Shown here: positions 1-10,833 of the stretch, piece after piece | Layout: each line of letters opens with the position of its first letter | How positions within the stretch are numbered: position 1 is the first letter of the stretch | NCBI GenBank assembly: GCA_963823665.1 | Contig: CAWGMQ010000005.1 | Location: forward strand, 992,001 to 1,056,000 | Direction of reading: 5' to 3' | Length of the DNA stretch: 64,000 bases | DNA from: an uncultured Planctomycetota bacterium | Lineage (GTDB): Bacteria; Planctomycetota; Planctomycetia; Isosphaerales; Isosphaeraceae | Program-made: the position numbers and the translations under genes | The notes under the pieces: generated by a model | What the model was told of the DNA's origin: nothing | The model's input: the letters and a program-made list of their open reading frames with translations, nothing else | The model's database searches: none

Positions 1-19
1 GTAGCCGAAGGAGCCGGAA

Positions 20-361
20 GTGTCTGCCGTGTTTCACTGCGAGACGACATTCACGATACCCAGCCGGTGTCTCTTCGTCCTCTCCGGTCGAATCCAAGAA
101 GGGCGCGTCGGGCCCGGCATGAAGATCGGTATCCCGACGCCGTCGGGCGTTCTTCGTTTTTGCCTGATCAACTCGATCGAGCACGTGTCGAAGAGCCAGG
201 AGCACGATTTCCTCGGCCTGACCGTTTTGTGCGCCGACAAGGATGAGATGACGACGCTAGAGGCCATGGCGATCCGTGACATCGATTGCGTCGTCTGCGC
301 TTTAGAGTCACTGATCACGGGCTCACAGAGCAAGAACAATCCAGAAAGTCTTTCAAGCTAA
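20..361 (+). CDS. small hypothetical protein, possibly an EF-Tu domain II-like beta-barrel
   Basis: 113-aa ORF; VLSGRIQEGRVGPGMKI resembles the G-R-I-x-x-G-x-V-x-x-G pattern of translation-factor domain II. Confidence 0.45.
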   Translation: MSAVFHCETTFTIPSRCLFVLSGRIQEGRVGPGMKIGIPTPSGVLRFCLINSIEHVSKSQEHDFLGLTVLCADKDEMTTLEAMAIRDIDCVVCALESLITGSQSKNNPESLSS

Positions 362-644
362 GTCCTTACGGCCACAATGCATCGATGCTTAGTCGCACGC
401 GATCCAGTTGCGGTGGCGTGAGTCGGCCTGAATCTACCATGTGGCCGCCGGCGGTAAGCGGGTTCACCTCATCCGATTATGGCCAAGAAAATGCGCAGGA
501 ACTCTTGCCGCTTACGCGTCCCGTTGATGTTGCGTAGGGGTGGGGCGTGTTCACGGTTCCGGTCCTCTGCTGGTCGCCCCGAGAAGGCCACTTCTGCCCG
601 GGGCGAGGCGACAGGGACCCAGGCGACAATCCACTGGTACCACC

Positions 645-2762
645 ATGACGGAAGAAGTGATCGATCCAGGTTTGCTCGAGCAAACGAAGAATCAAATCCG
701 AAAGCTGGTCGCCGAGATCGCCGACCTGGCGGAATCGGACATTCAACCCAACGAATTCTACGTTGAGTTCCTGAACCGGGCCGTGGCGGCGGTGGCCGCC
801 AGCGGCGGTGCGTTCTGGATGCTGGACGGCCGGGGCGGCTTGAGACTGCAGTATCAGGTCGAGTTCGCCATTACCGGAATGATGGACGGCCGCGTCAAGA
901 CCGCGCCACACGATGCACTGCTCGGGGCCATGCTCCAGGCGACACAGGCCCAGAACATCCCGCCCAACGCGGTGATCGAGGGTATGCCACAGGCGTTCAA
1001 CCCGACCGACCTGGCTCTCATCATCGCCCCGCTCATGGTGGACAAGCAGGTTGTCGGCCTGCTCGAGATCTTGATGGACCCCACCCGGCGTGCTGCGCAG
1101 CAGAAGAGCACGCTTCGGTTTGTCAGCGACCTGTGCGACCTGGCGGCAACCTATTTGAAGAACCGCCAGATGCGGCAGATGATGTCGCAGCAGCGGCTCT
1201 GGAATCAGCTTGAAGGGTTCACCCACCAGATCCACGGCTCGCTCGATCTCAAGGAGACGTCGTACTCGGTGGTCAACGACGGCAAGCGGCTGGTCGGGTG
1301 CGACCGGCTTTCGGTCGCGCTGAAGATCTCCGGCAGGACGATGGTCGAGGCCATCAGCGGCCAGGAAATCGTCGAGCAGCGATCCAATCTGATCCGCGAG
1401 CTGACCAGGCTTTGCAAGGTCGTGATTCGATCGGGAGAAGACCTGGTCTACACCGGCAACACCGAAGGTTGTGCGCCTGATATCCGCGACGCACTGGAGA
1501 TGTACGTCGACGAGTCGGGCTCCAAGGTCGTGGTGATCACGCTTTTGCACAAGCCCGATGAGGATAAGGAAAAGGGGACCGACAACAAGAGTCGTGAAAA
1601 GATTCCCTTCGGCTGCCTGGTCTCCGAGCAGATCGGCGACGAGCTGGCGCCGACGGACATGCACGCTCGCACCGAGGTGGTTTCAAGGCACGCGTCGACC
1701 GCGCTCTGGAACGCACAGGAACATCACAAGATCTTCATGAAGCCCGTGTTGAAAGCCATGGGCTCGCCCTGGCGGATGTTTCGCGGCCGCACGCTGGCCA
1801 AGATCGGCGCCGTGCTCGGGGCCATTCTGGTGTTCGTGATGTGCATGGCATTCATTCCGTGCACGCTCACGATCGAGGGCCATGGCTCGCTGCTGCCGGA
1901 AGACCGGCACAAGATCTACGCGCCGGTGGCCGGGATCGTTGCCGCGGTGCCCCTGGACCACGACGAGCGAGTGCACAAGGGAGACATCGTCGTCAAACTC
2001 GACAGCAAGGACCTGCAGAAAGAGCTGAACGGCTTGATCGGCGAGCGGCAGAAGGCCGAGAGCCAGATCGGGTCTCTGAGCCAGCAGGTCCAGAAGCTGC
2101 GGTCGGGCCAGGACTCCGCGGATTTGATTCAAGTGCAGGCGCAACTGGCCGAGGCCAAGATCACGGCCAAGAGCACCAAGGCGCGCATCGAGATCGTGGA
2201 GGAGCAGCTCGAGTCGATGAACGTTCGCTCGCCGCAGGACGGAATCATCACGACGTGGGAAGCGCGTAAGAACTTGATGGGCCGCCCGGTCGAGATCGGC
2301 ACCGAGGTGCTCCAGATTGCCGCGACCGACGGCGAGTGGATCCTCGAAGTCGAAGTTCCGGACGACGACATGGGCCCGGTCCTGGCCGCCCAGAGCGATC
2401 TCGAGGCCGATATCCGAGAGAACCGAAAGAAGCCGGGAACGACATTGCCGGCCTTTTTCGTGACGATGACCGACCCCGAGCATCGCTACCAGGGTTACGT
2501 GATCCGGGTCGCGCCCAGCGCCGAGACGATGGCGGAATCAGAGCAATACAAGAACCGGCACATCGTCAAGGTGACCGTCGGCTTCAGCGAGGCCGTGCGG
2601 CAAGACTATCTGGCGCGCAACAACATCAAAGAGATGCGTCCGGGTGCGGAAGTCCGGGCGCGGGTCAATTGCGGACGGACCAACCTGGCTTACTACCTCC
2701 TCCGCAAGCCGATCCAGGTCTTCTACGAGTCTGTCCTGTTCCGCTGGCCGTTCCTGAGCTGA
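645..2762 (+). CDS. GAF-domain HlyD-family membrane fusion protein (periplasmic adaptor)
   Basis: GAF-like N-terminus, one TM segment, lipoyl half-motifs (IYAPVAGIV...KGD; VRSPQDGII), coiled coil, MRPG beta-barrel; start placed at ATG 645 (MTEEVIDP). Confidence 0.85.
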   Translation: MTEEVIDPGLLEQTKNQIRKLVAEIADLAESDIQPNEFYVEFLNRAVAAVAASGGAFWMLDGRGGLRLQYQVEFAITGMMDGRVKTAPHDALLGAMLQATQAQNIPPNAVIEGMPQAFNPTDLALIIAPLMVDKQVVGLLEILMDPTRRAAQQKSTLRFVSDLCDLAATYLKNRQMRQMMSQQRLWNQLEGFTHQIHGSLDLKETSYSVVNDGKRLVGCDRLSVALKISGRTMVEAISGQEIVEQRSNLIRELTRLCKVVIRSGEDLVYTGNTEGCAPDIRDALEMYVDESGSKVVVITLLHKPDEDKEKGTDNKSREKIPFGCLVSEQIGDELAPTDMHARTEVVSRHASTALWNAQEHHKIFMKPVLKAMGSPWRMFRGRTLAKIGAVLGAILVFVMCMAFIPCTLTIEGHGSLLPEDRHKIYAPVAGIVAAVPLDHDERVHKGDIVVKLDSKDLQKELNGLIGERQKAESQIGSLSQQVQKLRSGQDSADLIQVQAQLAEAKITAKSTKARIEIVEEQLESMNVRSPQDGIITTWEARKNLMGRPVEIGTEVLQIAATDGEWILEVEVPDDDMGPVLAAQSDLEADIRENRKKPGTTLPAFFVTMTDPEHRYQGYVIRVAPSAETMAESEQYKNRHIVKVTVGFSEAVRQDYLARNNIKEMRPGAEVRARVNCGRTNLAYYLLRKPIQVFYESVLFRWPFLS

Positions 2763-2883
2763 GCCGCGCGGGTCTGTTCTGTCTGCTCAACCCAGCCGGG
2801 CGGCCGGATTCGAATATCGTGTTGACCAAAGAAGCCGGGCGCGGCCCGGCAACCAATCGAAGGCGAGGAGGCTCGTTACCACA

Positions 2884-3844
2884 ATGATTATCCCCAAAAC
2901 GATCGCCGCCATGGGCGCCGGCTGCCTGATTTTATTGGGCGCCGTCGCACTGGCCCAGACCGGCGGAGACGACCCGCGCCGAAACGGGAACGTGCAGCCG
3001 CTGGTCCTCGAGGAGCTGGCGCGAATTGACTGGATCGAGAAATCGAGCGTCGCCGCTCTGCGCGAGGGCGTGATCGAGAGCATGGAGCTTCAGATCGGCA
3101 TGCCGGTCAAAAAGAACGGTGTCATCGGCGTCTTGCATCATGAAATCGCCGAGCTCACTGTGAAGAAGAATGCCCTTCAGGCCAAGGCCATCGCGCCGGA
3201 AGAAAAGGCGCGGGCTCAAAAGGAAGTGGCCATCTCAGTCGTCGCTCGCAACACCCGGCTCAACGATCGACAGCCCGGCATGGTCTCGGCTGAAGATGTG
3301 GCCAAAGCCGAGGGCGACTTGAAAGTTGCCGAAGCCCAGATCAAGGAAGCCCAGGAGAACCGCGCGATCGCCGGGGCCGAGCTCGAGCCTCGCCAAGCGG
3401 ACGCTGGACGAGCACACGATGGTGGCGCCCTTCGACGGAATCGTCTTGAGCCGCAAGAAGAATCCCGGCGAAAGCGTGCGGGCCAACGACACGGTGATCG
3501 AGCTGGGCGACCTGCGCCGACTGGTAGCCGAAGCTTATGTGCCGCTTGACTACGCCTTCCGCGTGAAGGAAGGCCAGGTCGTCGAGATCCAGCCGCGGCT
3601 TCGCTCCTCCGGACGCGGAGAGCCGCTGCCGATCGAGAAGAAGCGATTCCGAGGCAAGATCACGTACGTTGACCCCCAGATCCAGCCCGTGGCCGAGAAC
3701 GCCGTGCGGATTCGCGCGGAATTCGAGAACCCTGGCGACCTGCGTCCGGGACTGATGGTTCAGATGACCATCTACCTGGCGCCGGCGGTTGCCGGCAATG
3801 CTCCCGCGGAGAACCCGCCGACCCGGACGGCGCGCGCCCAGTAA
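2884..3844 (+). CDS. HlyD/RND-type periplasmic adaptor subunit, frameshifted near 3388
   Basis: Signal peptide and VAALREGVI in ORF 2884-3549; continues as LAKRTLDEHTMVAPFDGIV...LRPGLMV in ORF 3326-3844; one extra base in GAGCTCGAGCCTCGCC. Confidence 0.8.
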
Positions 3845-3932
3845 TTAATCACGGCGAAGAGGGGGGAGAGGCCCTCGGGTTTTTCGGCCCCCCGCCATTC
3901 GATTGGAACAGAATCAATAGGGTTGTCGATCC

Positions 3933-6116
3933 ATGAGTGCTGCTCCCACCCTGGCCCCCACGCTCCCCTTCGGGCAGGCCGCCGAACATCTGGTGGTCAA
4001 GCTCCGACCCGATCTGGTCGTGCAGCCCCAGTTCTATGAGGGCATGACCCACTACGTGGTCAAGGACCCACTGGCGCTCAAGTACTTTCGATTCAAGATC
4101 GAGGAGTACTACCTGCTCGAGCAGTTCGACGGCAAGCTCACGCTTCAGGAGGTGAAGAAGGCCTTCGAGCGGAAGTATCGCCCCCAGACGATCTCGATCG
4201 AAGACTTGACACGGTTCGTCGCGCAGCTTCACGAAGCGGGCATCGTGCAGATCGACAGCGGCGAGCAGGCCAAGGTGCTGATTCGCCGCCGCAAGAAGAA
4301 CCGCTGGCGGAAGGTCTGGGCGTTCCTGGCGAACATCCTCTTCATCAAGATCCCGATCATCGATCCCGAGCGTCTGCTGACGAAGATGTACCCGTACTTC
4401 CGCTGGATCTTCACGCGGACGTTCGTCACGCTCAGCACGTGTTCGATGCTGCTGGCGCTTGGCCTGGTCGTCAGCCAGTGGAAGACGTTCTACGACAAGC
4501 TGCCGGATTTCCAGAGCTTCTTCAACTGGTGGACCATCATGAGCTTCTGGGTCTGCCTGGCCTGCGTGAAGATCATTCACGAATTCGGCCATGGGCTGAC
4601 CGCCAAGCATTTCGGGGGCGAGGTCCACGAGATGGGGATCCTGTTCCTGGTGCTCACCCCCGCGCTTTATTGCGACGTCACCGATAGCTGGCTCTTGCCC
4701 AACAAGTGGAAGCGAATCTGGATCTCGGCGGCGGGCATCTACGTTGAGTGCTTTCTGGCGAGCATCGCGACCTTTGTCTGGTGGTACAGCACACCCGGGC
4801 TCTTGAACAGTCTCGCGATGGCGACGATGTTCATCTGCTCGGTGAATACCATCATGTTCAACGCTAATCCCCTGCTCCGGTATGACGGCTACTACGTGAT
4901 GGCCGATTGGCTCGAGATTCCCAACCTGCGGATCAAGAGCACGCAGTTCTTCGCCTACTTGATTCAGGAGAAGGTGCTGGGACTGGAAATTCCCGTGCAG
5001 AGCTACATGCCCAAGTCGCGGCGGCTCTTGTTCGTCACGTACTCGGTGGCCAGCTACATCTATCGCTGGTTCGTCACCTTCGCCATTCTGTGGTTCCTGT
5101 CGCAGGTCTTGAAGCCATACAAGCTCGAATCGGTCAGCTACTTACTTGCAACCGGCGCACTCGTACCCTTGTTGGGCATGCCGGTTTATCAGATCGGCAA
5201 GTTCCTTCGAACGCCCGGGAGGTTGCGCAAAGTGAAAAAGGCACGTGCGGCCGCCTATGCGGCGGCGGCGATCGCACTCGTCGTCGGGATCCTCTTGATC
5301 CCGACACCACTACGAATCGACGGCACGCTGGTGCTCAAGCTCGAGAAACCTGAAGAGATCTACGCCGAAGTCGAGGGCCAGCTCATGGAGCTGAAGATCC
5401 GCGACGGCGAGTGGATCGAGAAAGACGGGCTGATCGCGAAGCTCAAGAATCCGGCCAAGGAGAAGGAGCTGCACGAGCGTCAGCAGGACCACGACATTGC
5501 ATGGAGCAAGGCGCAGTGGTACCGCACGAGCCCCGAGCGCGAGAATCGCGCTCAGGCCGTAACGCAGGAAGAATTCGCCGCCAAGATGGAGACCACGATC
5601 GAAAAAATCAACCAGCAGCTCGGCAAGCTGACCTTGATAAGCAATCGAGGCGGCCGGGTGGTGGGCTTACCGCACAGGGAAACGGTCGGGCAGTGGGTCA
5701 AGCCGGGCAAGCCGTTCTGCGAGGTCGGCGACCTTCAGAAGCTGGAAGCTCACCTGATCGTGGACCAGTCGGACATCCACCTGATCAAGCCCGGCGACAC
5801 CGCCTGGATCAAGATCTACGGCCGTGCCGAGCGGACGATCAAGAGCAAGGTTTCCGCAATCGCCAAGCGCAGCAGCGACGAGGTGCCGACCGAGCTCTCG
5901 AATCTCGCCAACGGCGAAGTGGCCTCCAAGCCGGACCCGAAGACCGGCACCGCCCATCCGCTGACGGCGGTTTACGAAGTGATCATTCCGGTCGACAACG
6001 CCGACATGAAGTTCGAGCCCGGCCTCCGCGGCCATGCCAAGATCCACGGCGGCCACTACACGCTGGCCTGGTGGCTGGTGCGCTGGTGGAACAAGATGTT
6101 TAACTTCCAGCTCTAG
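3933..6116 (+). CDS. site-2 protease (M50)-like membrane protein fused to a HlyD adaptor domain
   Basis: HEFGH zinc motif, NANPLLRYDGYY (NPDG-type) motif, multiple TM helices, PqqD-like N-terminus, C-terminal HlyD region ending FEPGLRG. Confidence 0.88.
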   Translation: MSAAPTLAPTLPFGQAAEHLVVKLRPDLVVQPQFYEGMTHYVVKDPLALKYFRFKIEEYYLLEQFDGKLTLQEVKKAFERKYRPQTISIEDLTRFVAQLHEAGIVQIDSGEQAKVLIRRRKKNRWRKVWAFLANILFIKIPIIDPERLLTKMYPYFRWIFTRTFVTLSTCSMLLALGLVVSQWKTFYDKLPDFQSFFNWWTIMSFWVCLACVKIIHEFGHGLTAKHFGGEVHEMGILFLVLTPALYCDVTDSWLLPNKWKRIWISAAGIYVECFLASIATFVWWYSTPGLLNSLAMATMFICSVNTIMFNANPLLRYDGYYVMADWLEIPNLRIKSTQFFAYLIQEKVLGLEIPVQSYMPKSRRLLFVTYSVASYIYRWFVTFAILWFLSQVLKPYKLESVSYLLATGALVPLLGMPVYQIGKFLRTPGRLRKVKKARAAAYAAAAIALVVGILLIPTPLRIDGTLVLKLEKPEEIYAEVEGQLMELKIRDGEWIEKDGLIAKLKNPAKEKELHERQQDHDIAWSKAQWYRTSPERENRAQAVTQEEFAAKMETTIEKINQQLGKLTLISNRGGRVVGLPHRETVGQWVKPGKPFCEVGDLQKLEAHLIVDQSDIHLIKPGDTAWIKIYGRAERTIKSKVSAIAKRSSDEVPTELSNLANGEVASKPDPKTGTAHPLTAVYEVIIPVDNADMKFEPGLRGHAKIHGGHYTLAWWLVRWWNKMFNFQL

Positions 6117-7729
6117 GCCGACAGCGCGGTCAAAAGCTTGTTGCCGTCAACGGCGCCGAGCCCGGTGCAGGCATCCCAGCCGGGGCCGGCGGAGTAGGCG
6201 CCGTTGTTTCCGCTCGTGATGTCGCGAAAGACTCCGCCGGCGGGCGGCAGGGCGTAGAGCGTGGGATTCAAGAAGCCGGCGGGCTTGGACAGGGCCTGGT
6301 TCAAGCAGGCGACCAGACCCGCCCACAACGGAGCGACTGCGCTCGTGCCGCCGATCACCGTGTCTTCGCCGTCGACACGCACTGAGTAGCCTGTCGCCGG
6401 ATCGGCGTCGGCAGCCACATCGGGAACGCCTCGGCCGACGTTTTTGCTCGGGTTGGCCGAGGGCGGCACGCCGGCGCTCTCCTGGTAGGTTGGCAGCGGG
6501 AATGAATCGCTGATGCCGCCGCCGGTTGCGCCGTCACCGGGCTCGTTCCAGACGACCTCGCTCGAGATTTCCGTCAGGCTGGCGTTCAATCGGGTGCCGC
6601 CGCAGGCGAGCACGTTGGGGCTTGAGGCGGGGAAGTCGACGTGCGCCTGGCCGTCGTCAACGCCATCGCTTGAGCCGTTGTCACCGGCCGCGACGGTAAC
6701 GGTGATGCCGAGCGCCGCGGCGGCCTGAAACGCTTGATCGAACTGCTCGATTGCCTGGGCGGTCCAGGTTGATTCCGGCCCGCCCCAACTGATCGAGATG
6801 ACCGACGGCTTGTTCACCGTATCGTGCACGGCCTGGGTGACCGCATCCAGGAAACCTTGCGACGTGTTGGGCGTAAAATAGACGACGATCTTCGCCCCGG
6901 GCGCAACGGCGCCGGCGACTTCGATGTCGAGCATCACCTCGCCATCGGGCCCGTCCGCGCTTCGCGTCGGCGTGTTTCTCGCGTGGTCAACGGAAACGCT
7001 CGTAACCGTGGGAGCAGAAGCCAGTCCCAGAGAAGAGAAGTAGTCGGCGAGATCGGATGTGGTGAAGCCGCCCCCGAGCTCGATGATCGCGATGCATTGG
7101 CCGGTTCCGTTCAGATTGGCTGGGAAATCGTAGAGCTTGGCGAGCTGGATTGGGGTGAACTGGGAGTTGGCGGACGGGGCAGCGGCGGCGGCGCCCGGGG
7201 CGGGGCTCGCTGCGAGGGGGCGGCGCACGCGGAAATGCGGCTTGGCCTGGGGACGGTTGTCGAGACCAAACACGCCGACGACGATGCCTTCGAGCTCGGA
7301 CGGGATCATGATCGGTCCGGTGCGGCCGCGGTAGGTGCCGCCGCTTGGATGGTCATATTCCGCGAGCTCCACACCGAAGGCCTCGCTCAGCGTCTGAACC
7401 GTTCCCGAAAGCCAAACGCTACGGCGGGCCGGGCTCGATTGCAGCATCACGAGGTCGTGGGCCTGCGCGAATTCGGCGACCTTGGCGATATCTTCGGCCG
7501 AAGCGCCGTGGTTTGTCACGTATTCGTCGTGCGTCAAGTAGCGGCGATTCTTGTGGGAAAGGGGGATCGTCGCTTCCGCGTGAGTTTCGGGGGAGATTCC
7601 CGTACGGGGACGCAGCCGAAGCGTCACCTCGATTTGCTGGTCGGGATGCACCGCTCCGAGCCTCCGCGAGCCGCGGATGGCGAGACGATGACTTCCTTGA
7701 AGGGGAACTCGTTGCGTTTGCGTTGGCAT
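6113..7729 (-). CDS. S53 family peptidase (kumamolisin/sedolisin-like)
   Basis: Prodomain, EVMLDIE (ExxxD), AAGDNG, GGTSAVAP catalytic Ser, GWDACTGLG. Confidence 0.95.
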   Translation of the reverse strand: MPTQTQRVPLQGSHRLAIRGSRRLGAVHPDQQIEVTLRLRPRTGISPETHAEATIPLSHKNRRYLTHDEYVTNHGASAEDIAKVAEFAQAHDLVMLQSSPARRSVWLSGTVQTLSEAFGVELAEYDHPSGGTYRGRTGPIMIPSELEGIVVGVFGLDNRPQAKPHFRVRRPLAASPAPGAAAAAPSANSQFTPIQLAKLYDFPANLNGTGQCIAIIELGGGFTTSDLADYFSSLGLASAPTVTSVSVDHARNTPTRSADGPDGEVMLDIEVAGAVAPGAKIVVYFTPNTSQGFLDAVTQAVHDTVNKPSVISISWGGPESTWTAQAIEQFDQAFQAAAALGITVTVAAGDNGSSDGVDDGQAHVDFPASSPNVLACGGTRLNASLTEISSEVVWNEPGDGATGGGISDSFPLPTYQESAGVPPSANPSKNVGRGVPDVAADADPATGYSVRVDGEDTVIGGTSAVAPLWAGLVACLNQALSKPAGFLNPTLYALPPAGGVFRDITSGNNGAYSAGPGWDACTGLGAVDGNKLLTALSA

Positions 7730-7897
7730 GAATTGGCTCCTCTCTGGGATTGGGGCGTCAGTTTACATCGGACGAACGTCCCGGCCAAGGAGGTGGCCGG
7801 AGCAAGATCTCGGCGGGGGAAAAAGGCTTGACGATCCGAGGCAGGGCTCACACGATGAGACCGCTTCTCCACCGTCGACTAAAGGAAAGGCCGCAGA

Positions 7898-8941
7898 TTG
7901 GATCAGCCAGCTCACGAGACGCCCGCCGCGACGGCGCACGGCAGCCGCGTTCTGGTTACCGGGGCGACTGGTTTGCTCGGCAGCCATCTGGCGGAACGGC
8001 TGATCGCCTCGGGCGATCACGTCCGGGCACTTGTTCGCACGGGGAGCCGGACGGATTTTCTTGATGCGCTGGGGGTTGAAATCGTGCGCGGTGATCTGAC
8101 CGATCCCGCGGCGTGCGCGAGTGCTCTGGCCGGAGCGGAGCTCGTTTTCCATTGCGCAGCGAAGGTTGGCGATTGGGGTGCGTGGCGCGAGTTTCAGACG
8201 GGCTGCCTGGATGCGACCGAAACGCTCGCCCGGGCTGCCATGGGCGCGGGGGCCGGCCGCTTTCTTCATATCAGCTCAACCAGCGCGTATGGCCACCCTG
8301 CGCCGGGCCCTGCACCGATTGATGAAACGGCGCCACTCGGCGAGAACATCTGGATTCTCGACCATTACACGCGCAGCAAGGTCGAATGCGAGCGTTTGCT
8401 CTGGCGAATGGCCGAGCGAGAAGGGCTGCCACTGACCGTGATTCGTCCGAGCTGGCTCTTTGGTGAGCGGGATCGCACGACCGTGCCGCGATTTCTCCGC
8501 GAATTTCGACGAGGGCGCATGTTGATCGTGGGCAAAGGCGACAATCCTCTCAGTGCCGTCTACGCTGGAGTCGTCGCGGAGGCGGCGATCCTGGCGGCGC
8601 GCGACGCGGGGTCGCGCGGCGAAGCTTACAACATCACGAGCCAGGGGCGCATCACCCAGCAGGAATTCATCGACATGTTTGCCGATGCGCTCGGGTTTCC
8701 GCGAGTGACCCGGCACGTCCCTTACGCATTCGCTTATGCAGGGGGATTCGTGCTCGAAGCGCAGGGACGGTTGCTGCGTCGCGCGCGACCGCCGCGAGTG
8801 ACGCGCTATGGGGCGTGGCTCCTGGGACGTTATCTCGAGTACAGCACGGAGAAAGCGCGCACGCGGCTGGGGTGGAGCGCCTCGATCGGGTATGCGGAGG
8901 GTATCGAGCGGACCATTCGCTGGTTCTTGGCGGAGCCCTAG
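7898..8941 (+). CDS. NAD-dependent epimerase/dehydratase (extended SDR)
   Basis: VLVTGATGLLG Rossmann motif and YTRSK (YxxxK). Confidence 0.92.
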   Translation: MDQPAHETPAATAHGSRVLVTGATGLLGSHLAERLIASGDHVRALVRTGSRTDFLDALGVEIVRGDLTDPAACASALAGAELVFHCAAKVGDWGAWREFQTGCLDATETLARAAMGAGAGRFLHISSTSAYGHPAPGPAPIDETAPLGENIWILDHYTRSKVECERLLWRMAEREGLPLTVIRPSWLFGERDRTTVPRFLREFRRGRMLIVGKGDNPLSAVYAGVVAEAAILAARDAGSRGEAYNITSQGRITQQEFIDMFADALGFPRVTRHVPYAFAYAGGFVLEAQGRLLRRARPPRVTRYGAWLLGRYLEYSTEKARTRLGWSASIGYAEGIERTIRWFLAEP

Positions 8942-10668
8942 AACGGCACCGGCGATTGACCGGGGCGATTGGGGGCGGGGGCGCCTTGCGGCTGTCCGGG
9001 CGTGGCACCGGTTGGCGGGGCGCCCTTGGGGCCTTCGACGGAGAGCACGCAGCGGAAGCCGACGTGCGCCAGGCGTTTCTCGTAGGGAATACCTTCGCGG
9101 TAGGACAGGGTCCAGGATTTTGATCCGCCTTTGACGACGACGGGTAGCTCTTTCGAGCGGGGGCGGGTGCTGGGCCCGACCGGGTTCTCGACCGCGGACT
9201 TGGCGATCTGCTGAAAGTACTTCGAGTCATACCAATCCTTCGTCCATTCCTGAGCATTGCCGGCCATGTCGAAAACGCCGTAGGCGGAGACGTCTTCGGG
9301 AAAGGACATCACTTCATCGATCTGACGGACCGTTCGCGGGCGCGACCATTTGGCCGGCCCGTCGCCCCAGGGGGTGCGCCGGCTTTCGATGGATCGACCG
9401 GCCATCTCCCACTGCGCCTCGGTGGGGAGCTGCTTGCCGGCCCAGCGTGCGTAGGCGTCGGCGTCGTGAAAGTTGACGTGCGTGACGGGGAGTGTCTCGG
9501 CCTCGGCCCTTGCCTTGTCGTCGGTCAGCCATTTTCCTGCAGGTTGGCCACGGTACTGCGCTTCCTTCAGGAAAATACGGAACTGGCGGTTGGTTACTTC
9601 GTGCTGGTCGATGTAATAGGTCGAAAGCCGCACCTCGTGAGCGGGCCGTTCGGGGGGCAGGCCCTCGTTGTTGCCCATGGTGAATGGGCCGCCGGGAACG
9701 AGGACCATCGCGGCGCCGTCGCGATCGCAGGTGATCACCAGCGGCCAGCCCGACTCGTGGACACCGGCCTGAAGATTGGGCTGAAATCCGGCCGGAACAG
9801 GCCGGGCGGCGATGGCGGCTCCGGCGGGTGCAGCTCGATCGCGGACCGACGGTGGAACCACGACCATCTCCGGGGCGTTGGCCGGCAGCACGAGGGCGGC
9901 CTGCCCCTTGGCGGCCTGGCCGTCGTTCGGTTTCGCCTCGACGACCGCCTCAGGCGGAGGCGCGCTCGGGGTGGGAGCGGGAGCTTTCTTTTCGGGCACG
10001 GCGACCACGATCGGACCGGTTGCGAACAGTGGCAAGTCCTTTTCCGAGCGGTCGAGGGCGGCCAAGGCTTCGTCGGCTGTTGCCGTGCCTTTGTAGGCCG
10101 TGACGACCTTGTTCAGCATGGCGATGGCCTGATCGCTGCGCCCGTTCTTGTAAAGCTCCTCGGCCCGGTTGAACATGAAGCGGGCCTCTCCGTCCTTTGA
10201 AGGTTTGGGCTCAGGGGCACCCTGGTAGGCCGTGGAGGGGTCATCGAATGGAATGTCGATCGAGCTCGGGTCGTACAAGAACGTGCGATAGCCGATCCAG
10301 AGGACCAGGATCACACAGGTCGCCGACAATCCGCCCATGAGGAGCCGGGCCCGACGGCGCGATTCGTAAGTATCGAGGGAGGGGGTCTCTTCGCGGAGCA
10401 CCTTCTTCGAATCGGATTTCTCGCCGCTCGCCGCCGGCTCCTTCGCTGTCTTCCTTTTCTTCTTGCCGCCGGATGCTCCGGTCGTGCTCGATGCCTGCGC
10501 CGGGGCGGCGTCACTTCCTTTCTTCGAGCTTTTGGAGGAGTGACTGTCGGCCGGCTGGCCAGGAATGTCGTCTTCAGACTCGTCTGATTCGGACTTCCAG
10601 AGACGAGGCAGCGGTTTGACGGGGTTGCGCGCGGGTTTCGATGAGTCGGGTTCCTCGATCTGGGACAT
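8938..10668 (-). CDS. membrane-anchored FGE-sulfatase (SUMF1)-domain protein with a TPR-like region
   Basis: MVLVPGGPFTMG, EVTNRQF, LPTEAQWE, DMAGNAQEW, GFRC; one TM helix; lacks the FGE catalytic Cys pair; start inferred at MSQIEE. Confidence 0.85.
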   Translation of the reverse strand: MSQIEEPDSSKPARNPVKPLPRLWKSESDESEDDIPGQPADSHSSKSSKKGSDAAPAQASSTTGASGGKKKRKTAKEPAASGEKSDSKKVLREETPSLDTYESRRRARLLMGGLSATCVILVLWIGYRTFLYDPSSIDIPFDDPSTAYQGAPEPKPSKDGEARFMFNRAEELYKNGRSDQAIAMLNKVVTAYKGTATADEALAALDRSEKDLPLFATGPIVVAVPEKKAPAPTPSAPPPEAVVEAKPNDGQAAKGQAALVLPANAPEMVVVPPSVRDRAAPAGAAIAARPVPAGFQPNLQAGVHESGWPLVITCDRDGAAMVLVPGGPFTMGNNEGLPPERPAHEVRLSTYYIDQHEVTNRQFRIFLKEAQYRGQPAGKWLTDDKARAEAETLPVTHVNFHDADAYARWAGKQLPTEAQWEMAGRSIESRRTPWGDGPAKWSRPRTVRQIDEVMSFPEDVSAYGVFDMAGNAQEWTKDWYDSKYFQQIAKSAVENPVGPSTRPRSKELPVVVKGGSKSWTLSYREGIPYEKRLAHVGFRCVLSVEGPKGAPPTGATPGQPQGAPAPNRPGQSPVPF

Positions 10669-10833
10669 GGGGCGCACTCCCCTTTGACGAGTCAACTCGG
10701 GAACTGGAGAGATCCTCTGCCTGATCTTTCGTTTGTTCGGGCCGGGTGAGTTTAGCCTAACCCGATTACCTGATGATCGGCAAGTCGAACCCGCCGGCAC
10801 GATGAGAGTCAGAAGCAGGCAAAAATCGGGCCG

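Noticed and set aside
6113..8941. Convergent genes sharing CTAG stop overlaps at 6113-6116 and 8938-8941
   Set aside because: A common compact arrangement with no special function implied
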